In this document: piece after piece, positions 1 through 8,324 of the stretch
Position numbering within the stretch: position 1 is the first letter of the stretch
How the letters are laid out: the number at the start of each line of letters is the position of its first letter
Assembly (NCBI GenBank): GCA_015065385.1
Contig: SVQK01000110.1
Coordinates: forward strand, 150,204 to 214,203
From: Oscillospiraceae bacterium
Lineage (GTDB): Bacteria; Bacillota; Clostridia; Oscillospirales; CAG-272
Direction: 5' to 3'
Length of the DNA: 64,000 nucleotides
Notes under the pieces: generated by a model
Database searches by the model: none
What the model saw: only the letters and a program-made list of their open reading frames with translations
What the model was told of the DNA's origin: nothing
Position numbers and translations under genes: made by a program

Positions 1-987
1 TTCCACAACCACCCGGATCTCCGCGTCCGCGTCGAAAACACGCTCCACTCCGATCAGGATATGCCATTCGGCCATATCGTCCGTCCCGACTTCCGGAACC
101 AGACGCGCGATTATCACGGAGGGCTCCTCTCTGGCGTTCACTTCCGTCACCTTATGGCGCACGGAGCCGCTCCCCTCTTCCAGCAGAACGAGGACCAGTT
201 GATGATCCCGGAACCACGCGCCGTCATACTGCTCGATCGCGTCGATGAATCCGACCGTCGTATCGGAATACACCTTTTCTTTGTGGCTGAAATCGTACAG
301 AACCCTGTTTTCGTCGTAATACCGGTTCAGCTCCTCCGCGCTGTCGATGAGCGTCACCCTCGGATAGCTCATGCCGTCGTGATACCCGTTGGTGCGGATA
401 TATTGCGCCTCGAACGATCCCTTCTCGGAAGCGGTTTCCTCTTCGTAGCCCCTTGCGCCGGAGATGGAAACCGTTTTTGTTTCGTCGTCGTATCCGACGT
501 GGAAATCCAGCGCCTTGCCGAGGTCCCGGAGCCTGAAATAGTTCGCGCCACCGATCTTGAAGACAGCCAGCGTCACGGTCTCCCCGTCGATGAGGATCGC
601 GTTGTTGGTCGGACGCGCGGAAGCGATTGCCGAGGCTGTCCCGGTCAGCTCCCCGCCGATTGCCTCATACGGCTTGCCGGAGGTGATCGAGACGGTCTTC
701 GCCGCGTCGTCGTAGTCCACCGAGAACTGCCTTTCGCTTCCGTTCAGCATCATGGCCACGTCGCGGAGCTTGAAGTAATTGTTTCCCTTGATTTTGTAGA
801 CGGCGGGACGGACGAGATGCGCGTCGGGCAGATCGGCGCTGTTGCTCACGACAATCGCGTCGTTCGTCGCCTCGGCGTAGAGGGGATCGCCGTCGGATAT
901 GATCATTCCGGCAGCCGAGGCCGGGACGAGAAGCGCCGCGCAAACGGACAGCGTCAGCAAAAATGAGAACAGTTTTTTCATGATCAT
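1..987 (-). CDS. Secreted protein with copper-amine-oxidase N-terminal-like (stalk) repeats; 3' end lies outside the window
   Basis: This ORF is absent from the supplied track. Plus-strand triplets phased from position 1 contain no tta, cta or tca up to 987. Hand translation begins MIMKKLFSFLLTLSVCAALLVPASAAG, a signal peptide, and contains repeats KIKGNNYFKLRDVAMML and KIGGANYFRLRDLGKAL. The ATG at 985-987 overlaps the serpin TGA at 984-986. Confidence 0.8.
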   Translation of the reverse strand, partial: MIMKKLFSFLLTLSVCAALLVPASAAGMIISDGDPLYAEATNDAIVVSNSADLPDAHLVRPAVYKIKGNNYFKLRDVAMMLNGSERQFSVDYDDAAKTVSITSGKPYEAIGGELTGTASAIASARPTNNAILIDGETVTLAVFKIGGANYFRLRDLGKALDFHVGYDDETKTVSISGARGYEEETASEKGSFEAQYIRTNGYHDGMSYPRVTLIDSAEELNRYYDENRVLYDFSHKEKVYSDTTVGFIDAIEQYDGAWFRDHQLVLVLLEEGSGSVRHKVTEVNAREEPSVIIARLVPEVGTDDMAEWHILIGVERVFDADAEIRVVVE

Positions 988-2525
988 TCACCTTCCATAT
1001 TTGTCAGCGCGCCGATAAAGAACGGCTGATTCGTTTCGCGGTCGATCAGCAAATATACGAACGGGCGGTCCAGCGTGACCCATTTCGGCTCGGGCATCTC
1101 CATCGCTCCTTCTTCCGGCATCATCTCCACAGCCGTCGCCGCTCCGGCCTTCGTCCCCTGCTCATGGACGGAGATAAACGTTTTGTGCAGGACACGGCCG
1201 ATATAGATGCTGCCCTCCGTCGATGTGCCGAGGCCGGAGAAATCCGCCCTCGAGGGATGAAACGCGGTCGGCATGCCCAGCGCTTTCAGCGTTTCGGACA
1301 GCTCCGCGCCGTACTCCGCTTCAAACTTCGGAAGAGCCGCTTCCACAAGCGTCTGCTCCGCCGAGGACAGGATCCCGATCAGCTTTTCCCCGTCGAGGGA
1401 CGCGGCATAGTCGGCGACCGTCGTCCCGTCCTTCGGAAGCAGGGCGGCGAAGGCGTATTTCCCGCCTTTGTAGGGTTTGATGAATCCCGTCGCGGCGTCC
1501 CCGTCCTCGAGATACAAATACTCGCCGGAGCGCATGAAATCGACGGTCTGTTTTGTGCCGTCCTCGCGGGTAAATGTCCCGCTCTTTACCTGATGCTCCC
1601 GGTACACCTCCGCCCACTCCCCCTCAAAAGCGAGGGCGTTGACAAGGAACATGACCGCGGACTCCGGGATCTGATCGAGGATTTCGGGGATCATCCCGTC
1701 CGTGTTGTCCTTCACCCAGTTGTTGATGTCCTTCAATGTCCCCTCGTCGAACGGCGCGCGGTAGATCCCGGCGTTGTAGAAATCCGCGTTGGTCTGCAAA
1801 AAGTCCCGGTTCACCGTGAAACGCTCGTCGTCCGTGAACCAGATGGAGTTTGCGAGATGGAACCGGGGCTCTCCGTCCTCCGGCTCCGTCCGGTTGAGCA
1901 GATCCCGGAACGACGCGTTCAGCTCCCCCACCGGAAGACCGAGTACGGCCTCCATTTCGGAAAGGGTCTCCCCCTTCGCGCCGTTTGCGGTCATGGCGAG
2001 CGCGGAGAGGACGGACAGCGGCGAGACGAGGGGATTTTCAGCGGCTTCCAGAGCACGGAATGTCCAGGAGCCGTTCGAGCCGGAGATCAGAACGATATGG
2101 GACAGATCGGGATATTCCTCCACGGAGAAAACCTCCCAGAAAATGCCTTCTATTTCCGTTTCCTCGCTGAACCAGTCCAACCTCTCTTTGGGGGTAAGGG
2201 AACCGGTTCCCGGCGCTTCCCGTTCGTACATCAGGGCTTTTCCGTCCACATGGATGCAGCAGAGATCCGCTTTCCTGAATCCGGTTTCTCCGGATTTGCC
2301 GTATGCGGCCCGCATCCTTTGCTGAAACAGCCGGACGGCAAAGTCCGCAAACGCTTCGGAAACCGTGCCCCGATCGGAGATTTCCGCTCCGAGAACCGCC
2401 TCCTGCGAAGGTACGATCCCCTCCATGAGGTCGGCGGAAGAAGACAGATTCGGCGCGGCGCATCCTGCGGTCGTGAGCAGAAGCCCGGAAAGAAGCAGGG
2501 CCGAGGTCATGCGGGAGAGCTTCAT
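984..2525 (-). CDS. Serpin-family protease inhibitor, lipoprotein, carrying a large N-terminal insertion
   Basis: The N-terminus has a lipobox, LLLTTAGC. Serpin core motifs are ENPLVSPLSVLSALAMTANGAKGETL, an inhibitory-type hinge GTKAGAATAV, and DRPFVYLLID. The protein is 513 aa, against about 400 aa for typical serpins. Confidence 0.9.
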   Translation of the reverse strand: MKLSRMTSALLLSGLLLTTAGCAAPNLSSSADLMEGIVPSQEAVLGAEISDRGTVSEAFADFAVRLFQQRMRAAYGKSGETGFRKADLCCIHVDGKALMYEREAPGTGSLTPKERLDWFSEETEIEGIFWEVFSVEEYPDLSHIVLISGSNGSWTFRALEAAENPLVSPLSVLSALAMTANGAKGETLSEMEAVLGLPVGELNASFRDLLNRTEPEDGEPRFHLANSIWFTDDERFTVNRDFLQTNADFYNAGIYRAPFDEGTLKDINNWVKDNTDGMIPEILDQIPESAVMFLVNALAFEGEWAEVYREHQVKSGTFTREDGTKQTVDFMRSGEYLYLEDGDAATGFIKPYKGGKYAFAALLPKDGTTVADYAASLDGEKLIGILSSAEQTLVEAALPKFEAEYGAELSETLKALGMPTAFHPSRADFSGLGTSTEGSIYIGRVLHKTFISVHEQGTKAGAATAVEMMPEEGAMEMPEPKWVTLDRPFVYLLIDRETNQPFFIGALTNMEGE

Positions 2526-2604
2526 GGGAATTCACCTCTCTGTGTATCGATTCTGCCCTTTAGACGCCGAGATCCTCTCCAAAGTTCCCCTTTTTCAAAA
2601 AAGA

Positions 2605-2633
2605 TTGACTTCTCTCGAAATGTATGGTATGAT
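2605..2633 (+). promoter_or_regulatory. Sigma-70-type promoter for dfx
   Basis: TTGACT at 2605-2610, a 17-nt spacer ending in TGG, then TATGAT at 2628-2633. It sits about 27 nt upstream of the ATG, which is preceded by a GGAGGA RBS. Confidence 0.6.
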
Positions 2634-2659
2634 AAAAGAAAAAACAGGAGGAATCCCCC

Positions 2660-3034
2660 ATGACCATCTATCGCTGCAAGCACTGCGGCAACATCATCGC
2701 GCACCTGAACGACTCCGGCGTGCGCTGCGTATGCTGCGGAGAACCCATGGAAGCCATCGTTCCCAATACCACGGACGCCGCGGGAGAAAAGCATGTCCCC
2801 GTGATCGGACAGGAAGGATGCCTCGTCACGGTTTGCGTCGGCTCCGTCGCCCACCCCATGCTCGACGTTCACTACATCGAATGGATCCTGCTCGAAACCA
2901 AAGAAGGCCGTCAGAGAAAAACGCTGAAGCCCGGAGACGAACCGAAGGCCATGTTTGCCCTGACGGAGGGAGACGAGGTTGTCGCCGCCTACGCGTACTG
3001 CAACCTGCACGGACTGTGGAAATCGGCCGAGTGA
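2660..3034 (+). CDS. dfx: Desulfoferrodoxin (class I superoxide reductase)
   Basis: N-terminal CKHCGN...CVCCG matches centre I. EKHVPV, HPM and CNLHGLW match the centre II ligands. Length is 124 aa. Confidence 0.92.
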   Translation: MTIYRCKHCGNIIAHLNDSGVRCVCCGEPMEAIVPNTTDAAGEKHVPVIGQEGCLVTVCVGSVAHPMLDVHYIEWILLETKEGRQRKTLKPGDEPKAMFALTEGDEVVAAYAYCNLHGLWKSAE

Positions 3035-3081
3035 CAGCTTCCGATCCGTGATCCGCAGGCGGTACCTGCCCGCGGACCGTG

Positions 3082-3125
3082 AAAGCCCCGATGCGACGCG
3101 CGCGCTTTGGGGCTTTTATGCGTTT
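3082..3125 (+). terminator. Putative intrinsic terminator after dfx
   Basis: AAAGCCCC at 3082-3089 pairs with GGGGCTTT at 3109-3116, followed by TATGCGTTTT. The loop is long, about 19 nt. Confidence 0.45.
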
Positions 3126-3194
3126 TCGGCGATCTTTCTCCCGCCCCGCCGCCCGGAAGTATTCCGGATCTGCCCGCGTTTTCTGATTTTTGCG

Positions 3195-3223
3195 TTGCAT
3201 TTCGCCCGCCGGATGTGTATAAT
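3195..3223 (+). promoter_or_regulatory. Sigma-70-type promoter for the MFS transporter gene
   Basis: TTGCAT at 3195-3200, a 17-nt spacer, then TATAAT at 3218-3223. Confidence 0.6.
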
Positions 3224-3280
3224 ACGGACAGACCGCAGTGAAGCGGGATTATCGGGCGTACCCTGAAAGGATCCGACGAC

Positions 3281-4453
3281 ATGACACAGAAGAATTACCG
3301 GCGGACCAAGACCGCGTGCTATCTCGGATTTGTCACGCAGGCGATCTCCGCCAATTTCACCCCCCTGCTCTTCCTCACGTTTTACAGAGCCTACGGCATT
3401 TCCTACGCGGATCTTGCGCTCATCCCCCTTGCCTTTTTCCTGACGCAGCTTGCGGTGGACTTTCTCAGCGCGAAATTTGTGGATAAGATCGGCTACCGGA
3501 AGAGCATCATCATCGCGCAGGCGACGTCGGGCTGCGGACTGCTGTTTCTGTCCTTCGTTCCGGATCTCTGCCCGCGTCCTTTTGCCGGGATCCTGCTCTG
3601 CGTGATGATCTACGCCGTCGGGAGCGGACTGATCGAGGTGCTGTGCAGTCCGATCATCGAAGCCTGTCCGTTCGACAACAAGGCCGGAACGATGAGCCTT
3701 CTGCATTCCTTCTACAGTTGGGGAGCCGTGGGGACGATCCTCTGCTCCACGCTCTTCTTTTCGATCTTCGGAACGGAGCACTGGCGCATTCTCTCCTGTC
3801 TGTGGTCGATCATCCCGCTTTACAACATCGTCAATTTCGCCTCCTGCCCCATAGAGCCCATCGTGAACGAGGGGGAGAGCATGACGATCGGACAGCTCGT
3901 GAAGACGAAGGTTTTCTGGCTGTTCATCGTTCTGATGATCAGCGCGGGAGCCTCCGAGGCATCCATGGCGCAGTGGGCGTCGGCGTTCGCGGAGTCCTCC
4001 CTCGGCGTCAGCAAAACGGTGGGGGATCTGCTCGGCCCCTGCGGCTTCGCCGTATTCATGGGGTGCAGCAGAGTCTGGTACGGAAAGTACGGGGAAAAAG
4101 TGAAGCTGTCTGGCTTTATGATCGCGTCCGGCATCCTCTGCCTCGTCAGCTACCTTTTGGCCGCCCTCTCCGTCTGGCCGGTCATGGGCCTCTTCGGGTG
4201 CATGCTGTGCGGATTCTCGGTGGGGATCATGTGGCCGGGCTCCATCAGCATCTCCTCCGCCGGAATGCCGAAGGGAGGGACTGCCCTGTTCGCCCTTTTG
4301 GCTCTGGGCGGGGATCTCGGCGCGGCGGTCGGCCCGTCCGTTGTGGGAAACATCTCCCATGTCATGGGCGAGAACATACAGGCCGGAATTCTGGCCGGGG
4401 TCTGCTTCCCTCTCCTGCTGGCCGTGAGCGTTCTCCTGCTGAGAAAGAACTGA
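3281..4453 (+). CDS. MFS transporter
   Basis: The 390-aa product is strongly hydrophobic with about 12 predicted TM segments and an MFS-like loop. Codon usage is consistent with neighbouring genes. Confidence 0.85.
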   Translation: MTQKNYRRTKTACYLGFVTQAISANFTPLLFLTFYRAYGISYADLALIPLAFFLTQLAVDFLSAKFVDKIGYRKSIIIAQATSGCGLLFLSFVPDLCPRPFAGILLCVMIYAVGSGLIEVLCSPIIEACPFDNKAGTMSLLHSFYSWGAVGTILCSTLFFSIFGTEHWRILSCLWSIIPLYNIVNFASCPIEPIVNEGESMTIGQLVKTKVFWLFIVLMISAGASEASMAQWASAFAESSLGVSKTVGDLLGPCGFAVFMGCSRVWYGKYGEKVKLSGFMIASGILCLVSYLLAALSVWPVMGLFGCMLCGFSVGIMWPGSISISSAGMPKGGTALFALLALGGDLGAAVGPSVVGNISHVMGENIQAGILAGVCFPLLLAVSVLLLRKN

Positions 4454-4512
4454 CGCAAGGCTTTCAATACCGGACACACATATAAACGGACACGAACAGA
4501 AAGGACTGCTTC

Positions 4513-5994
4513 ATGAACATTCTGAACATCACCTGCAAAGAAGACACCGTCGTCCTCCGCACTGACGTCGCCTCTGGAAAAGTTGCGGTACGCGCGCATA
4601 CCCCTGCTTCCCGCGAACCGCTTCTGATCGGCGAACTGTCCGCCGAAATCCGGGACGGCGCGGTCTCGGTTCCGCGGTTTGTAAACGGACGGGACGGGCT
4701 GACCCTGCGCTGGGAGCTGTCGCGGGACGGCGAAACGGCGGGCGGGAAGAAATACGTCGAGGATCTCGCGTTCTCCCCGGCCTGCGCGGATCCGTACCCG
4801 GCGGCGGAGAGCAAGAAGGGACTTCAGGTCACGATGATCGAGGACGCCGTGAAACTCGGAGTGAAGCACGCCGCGCAGAACGTCTGCATCGGGGACTTCA
4901 TGCGGCCCGCCGACGAATGTGCAAACCCGGTCCGCTTCACGCACGACGGCGCGGAATACACGTTCGACGGGGATCACGCCGAGTCCTTTGACAAGAGGCT
5001 GAAAACCCTCTCCGACCACGGCATCCTCGTCACCCTGATCCTGCTCAACTCCAAACACTGGCAGAAGGACACGTCGAAAGCTCTGTACGCTCCCCTGCTC
5101 CACCCGGATTTTCTGCCCTTCATGAACGAGCCGGACGTCCATCTCAGCGCGTTCAACATGACGACGGACGAAGGGACCCGGTACTACTGCGCCTTCATCG
5201 CCTTCCTCGCCGAGCGGTACATGAAGCCGGACGGGGACGGGACATACCCTCACGGACGGGCTGTCGGCATGATCGTCTCGAACGAGGTCAATTCCCAGTG
5301 GATCTGGGGCAACGCCGGGCACAAAACGGTCGGGGAATACATGACGGAATACACCCGCGCCATGCGCCTGACCTGGCAGACCGCCGCTTCCGTCTGGAAG
5401 GAAGCCCGGGTCTATATCTCCCTCGACCATTTCTGGACGGGCTCGCAGAACCCGGCGGAGGACACGAAGTATTACGGCAGCCGCCCTGTACTGGAGGAGC
5501 TCAGCCGGAGGGCGCGGGAGGAAGGAGAATTCCCGTGGAACGTCGCGGCACATCCCTATCCGGAGGATCTGCGCTATCCGGACTTCTGGAACGACAGATC
5601 CGCGACGGACTCGAACGACACCTGCCGCGTCACGTTCAAGAATCTCACCGTTCTCCGGGACTTTCTCTACCGGGAGGAAAATCTTTACCGGGGAGACAGA
5701 CGAAGGATCATCCTCTCGGAGCAGGGCTTCAACTCCCACTTCACGCCGGAGAGCGAGATCCTGCAGGCATGCGCCTACGGAAGGGCGTACCGGATCTGTA
5801 TGGAGATCCCGGAGATCGACAGCTTCATCCTTCACGCCCACACGGACAACTGGCAGGAATTCGGCCTGAACCTCGGCCTCTGGCGCAGAAAAAAAGACGG
5901 CCCGGAGCTGGACGCGCCGAAGCCGATCTATGAGGTGTTCCGCGTGATCGATCAGAAAGACGAATCCGGAAGGTATCACTGGGAACGGTATTGA
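4513..5994 (+). CDS. TIM-barrel glycoside-hydrolase-like protein (clan GH-A-like, possibly DUF5722)
   Basis: The 493-aa product has IVSNEVNSQW (an NE acid/base-like motif) and RIILSEQGF (a nucleophile-like Glu), as in clan GH-A enzymes. An AAAGGA RBS precedes the ATG. The family assignment is from memory. Confidence 0.6.
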   Translation: MNILNITCKEDTVVLRTDVASGKVAVRAHTPASREPLLIGELSAEIRDGAVSVPRFVNGRDGLTLRWELSRDGETAGGKKYVEDLAFSPACADPYPAAESKKGLQVTMIEDAVKLGVKHAAQNVCIGDFMRPADECANPVRFTHDGAEYTFDGDHAESFDKRLKTLSDHGILVTLILLNSKHWQKDTSKALYAPLLHPDFLPFMNEPDVHLSAFNMTTDEGTRYYCAFIAFLAERYMKPDGDGTYPHGRAVGMIVSNEVNSQWIWGNAGHKTVGEYMTEYTRAMRLTWQTAASVWKEARVYISLDHFWTGSQNPAEDTKYYGSRPVLEELSRRAREEGEFPWNVAAHPYPEDLRYPDFWNDRSATDSNDTCRVTFKNLTVLRDFLYREENLYRGDRRRIILSEQGFNSHFTPESEILQACAYGRAYRICMEIPEIDSFILHAHTDNWQEFGLNLGLWRRKKDGPELDAPKPIYEVFRVIDQKDESGRYHWERY

Positions 5995-6034
5995 GTTTCG
6001 GAAGACCGCAGGCAGCGTGGGAAGACGGTGACCG

Positions 6035-7177
6035 TCAGACCTGATCGGCGTATTCGATCCGGATCGGCAGCGGGAACCACGCGGCGGCCAAAGGATGCTT
6101 TGTTCTGGCAGGGGACAGCAAGCCGAAGAAAAACAGTTCGGCTTCCTTGTGTTCCAGAACGATCTCGGGTTCTTCCTCCGCGTCCGTTACAGACGGGATC
6201 CCGTTTTGCACCGTTATCCGGAAGACTTCCCTGCCCGCGCGTCCTTCCGTCTGTACGGTCAGACTGCCGTCCATGAGCGGAATGCGGCTCGCTTTCAGCT
6301 TCATGAAGGCGGAAACGACCTTTCGGAAACGGAACAGCGAAAAGTACTTGTCCGTACACATCGAATAGGAAAAGCAGAGTTTGTGCGCCGTCTCGATCAT
6401 CCCGGTTTCGTACTGCGGAAGCGCAAGATCGAGACTGCCGTGTTCCGCGGTATAAGCCCGCAGTACATCCGTGAAATCCGCTTCGTCCGTTAAGGTCAGT
6501 TCCCGCAGAGGACCGATGAAATATCCGGCGAAGCGTTCCCCTTCCAGAATAACATACAATTGCTCCCCCCATGATGAGGCGATCCCGAAAAACCGGTCGG
6601 CTGTTCGCTCCATGTGCAGGGGCCTTTTGTCGTGCAGCCGCCGGATCGGCTCCAGCCACGGACTTTCCGGATCCGTCACCGGCTCGAAGCGGAATTCTTT
6701 CATCGGCGCGTCGCCGAAGCAGTGGCGCATGCTGTAGGTGTCGAAATGGAAGCTCGCGTTTGATCCGCCGCTCTCATAGGAAAAATACTGATACCGCTGA
6801 CGCCTGCCGCCGAGATCCGACATATCCGCGCCGTCTTCGATCATATCCTGAACCGCCCGGTTCATCAAGAGCTTCATGTACCCTTTGGATCTGTGATACG
6901 GATGAACCGCCACATTGCCGACGCCGTAGGTCATGACCGTCTCGTCCAACACATGCAGCGTCCTCGGATAGACCCCGACGGCGGCGCGAATTCTGCCGTT
7001 TTCCGTGATGACGTAATTGTGACCGCACGGATCGTTTTCTTCGTTGTACAACTTCGGCAGCCACTTCAAAAGATCCCTGTCATGGCCGTTCATGCCGAAC
7101 GCCAGATTCAGAAAATCCAGCAGTTCGCCCCGCATTTCCGGCGTCCCGCGCCCGATATAGATGCCCGTTTGATTCAT
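6035..7177 (-). CDS. GNAT N-acetyltransferase, Eis-like, with an SCP2-like C-terminal domain
   Basis: The 380-aa product contains VGNVAVHPYHRSKGYMKLLMNRAV, the GNAT acetyl-CoA motif. A GGGAGGGAG RBS is present. Confidence 0.8.
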   Translation of the reverse strand: MNQTGIYIGRGTPEMRGELLDFLNLAFGMNGHDRDLLKWLPKLYNEENDPCGHNYVITENGRIRAAVGVYPRTLHVLDETVMTYGVGNVAVHPYHRSKGYMKLLMNRAVQDMIEDGADMSDLGGRRQRYQYFSYESGGSNASFHFDTYSMRHCFGDAPMKEFRFEPVTDPESPWLEPIRRLHDKRPLHMERTADRFFGIASSWGEQLYVILEGERFAGYFIGPLRELTLTDEADFTDVLRAYTAEHGSLDLALPQYETGMIETAHKLCFSYSMCTDKYFSLFRFRKVVSAFMKLKASRIPLMDGSLTVQTEGRAGREVFRITVQNGIPSVTDAEEEPEIVLEHKEAELFFFGLLSPARTKHPLAAAWFPLPIRIEYADQV

Positions 7178-7200
7178 CGTTCCTTCTCCCTCCCTCGAGT

Positions 7201-8232
7201 TCAGTGCCAGTAAAACATATACTTTTCGAACGCGTCCATGAGCGCCTTGATGTTTTCGAGCGGCGTTCCCGGATACCAGCCGAATTTCAGCATCAGCCCT
7301 CCGGCGGGCGAGGACAGTTTTTCCACTTCCTCCCGCACCAGCGCGTCCACATCGGCGGGCGTGCCGAATACGGTGATCTTCTGCCGGTCCACGTCCAGAT
7401 CGATGGCATATTTTCCGAAAAACCGCTCCCGGATCCAGTCGATCCCGTTGACAAGATCCTGTATGTTCAGAATATCCACGCCGCCGTCGATCAGATCGTC
7501 CGCCAGCGTCCGGACATCCCCGTCGGAGTGCATGTGGATGATCGCTCCGGCGTCCCGGGCAGGTTTCATCAGCCGCTGATAGGAGGGCTTGATGAACTTC
7601 CGGAATAAGTCGGGGGAAATCATCGGTCCCACCTGCATCCCGAGGTCTTCGGGAAAGGTGATCATATCGTATCCCATCCGCGCGTAGTGTTCCGCAAATA
7701 CGGCGTTGTATTCCTCGAGCCTTCCGATCAGGGCGATCAGGTCTTCGTCCTCGTCCACCATTCCCATGAGGACATTTTCAAATCCGCACAGATCGGTCAG
7801 GCGGAGGAAGGTATGTCCGTGGGGCAGACCGCGTGAAGTAAAGCGGCCCTGTTTCTTTGCCGCCTCGACTTCCCCGCGCTCTTTTTCCGGATCGAAGGGA
7901 GGGATGGCGGGAAAACGATACTCCCTGATCTTTGAAAAATCCTCGAGCGGGTGCTTCTGGATCACGCCGCGGATCCCGTCGATGGCGCCCTTCCACTCCA
8001 CGCCGAATTCGTCGAAGTAGGTGACTTCCTCGTCTACCTTGTCTCCATCCTTCGGCACGAGATCCCAGCGCATGCGGCCTTTCCCCGCGATGATCGGATG
8101 GGATTCGAGAAGCTCTTCGACCGCATGGGGGTCATAATGGCTGAATACCGTTTCGGGCACATGGAACACGACCGGAATGTAGTCCGGACGCTCGAAACGG
8201 ATGACGCGGAGCATGTTTTCTCGCTGTGTCAT
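7201..8232 (-). CDS. Uroporphyrinogen decarboxylase (URO-D) family protein, MtaA/CmuA-like
   Basis: I trimmed the 493-aa track ORF to the ATG at 8232, which has an AGAGAGG RBS. The upstream 150 aa are R/G-rich junk. The real product starts MTQRENMLRVIRFERPDYIPV and contains IIHMHSDGDV. Confidence 0.8.
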   Translation of the reverse strand: MTQRENMLRVIRFERPDYIPVVFHVPETVFSHYDPHAVEELLESHPIIAGKGRMRWDLVPKDGDKVDEEVTYFDEFGVEWKGAIDGIRGVIQKHPLEDFSKIREYRFPAIPPFDPEKERGEVEAAKKQGRFTSRGLPHGHTFLRLTDLCGFENVLMGMVDEDEDLIALIGRLEEYNAVFAEHYARMGYDMITFPEDLGMQVGPMISPDLFRKFIKPSYQRLMKPARDAGAIIHMHSDGDVRTLADDLIDGGVDILNIQDLVNGIDWIRERFFGKYAIDLDVDRQKITVFGTPADVDALVREEVEKLSSPAGGLMLKFGWYPGTPLENIKALMDAFEKYMFYWH

Positions 8233-8324
8233 TGAAATGCCTCTCTTCTTAGAAAAATGCGCACAGCCTTTTCGTGAATCGGCTGAATCTTTTCGCGGAG
8301 TCGGATCCGTTTGCCGCGATTTCC

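Noticed and set aside
61-966. A 301-aa plus-strand ORF, the only long track ORF covering the first kilobase.
   Set aside because: It is an antisense shadow of the real minus-strand gene (1-987). The product is R/V/G/D-rich with no motifs, whereas the opposite frame has a signal peptide and recognisable repeats.
1164-2663. A 499-aa plus-strand ORF opposite the serpin.
   Set aside because: It has an Arg-, Gly- and Pro-rich low-complexity composition typical of antisense frames in GC-rich DNA. The serpin on the other strand has clear family motifs.
4150-5979. A 609-aa minus-strand ORF, and the 453-aa ORF at 3116-4477, opposite the MFS and GH-like genes.
   Set aside because: These are antisense shadows: R-, P- and G-rich, with no RBS or motifs, while the plus-strand genes are well supported.
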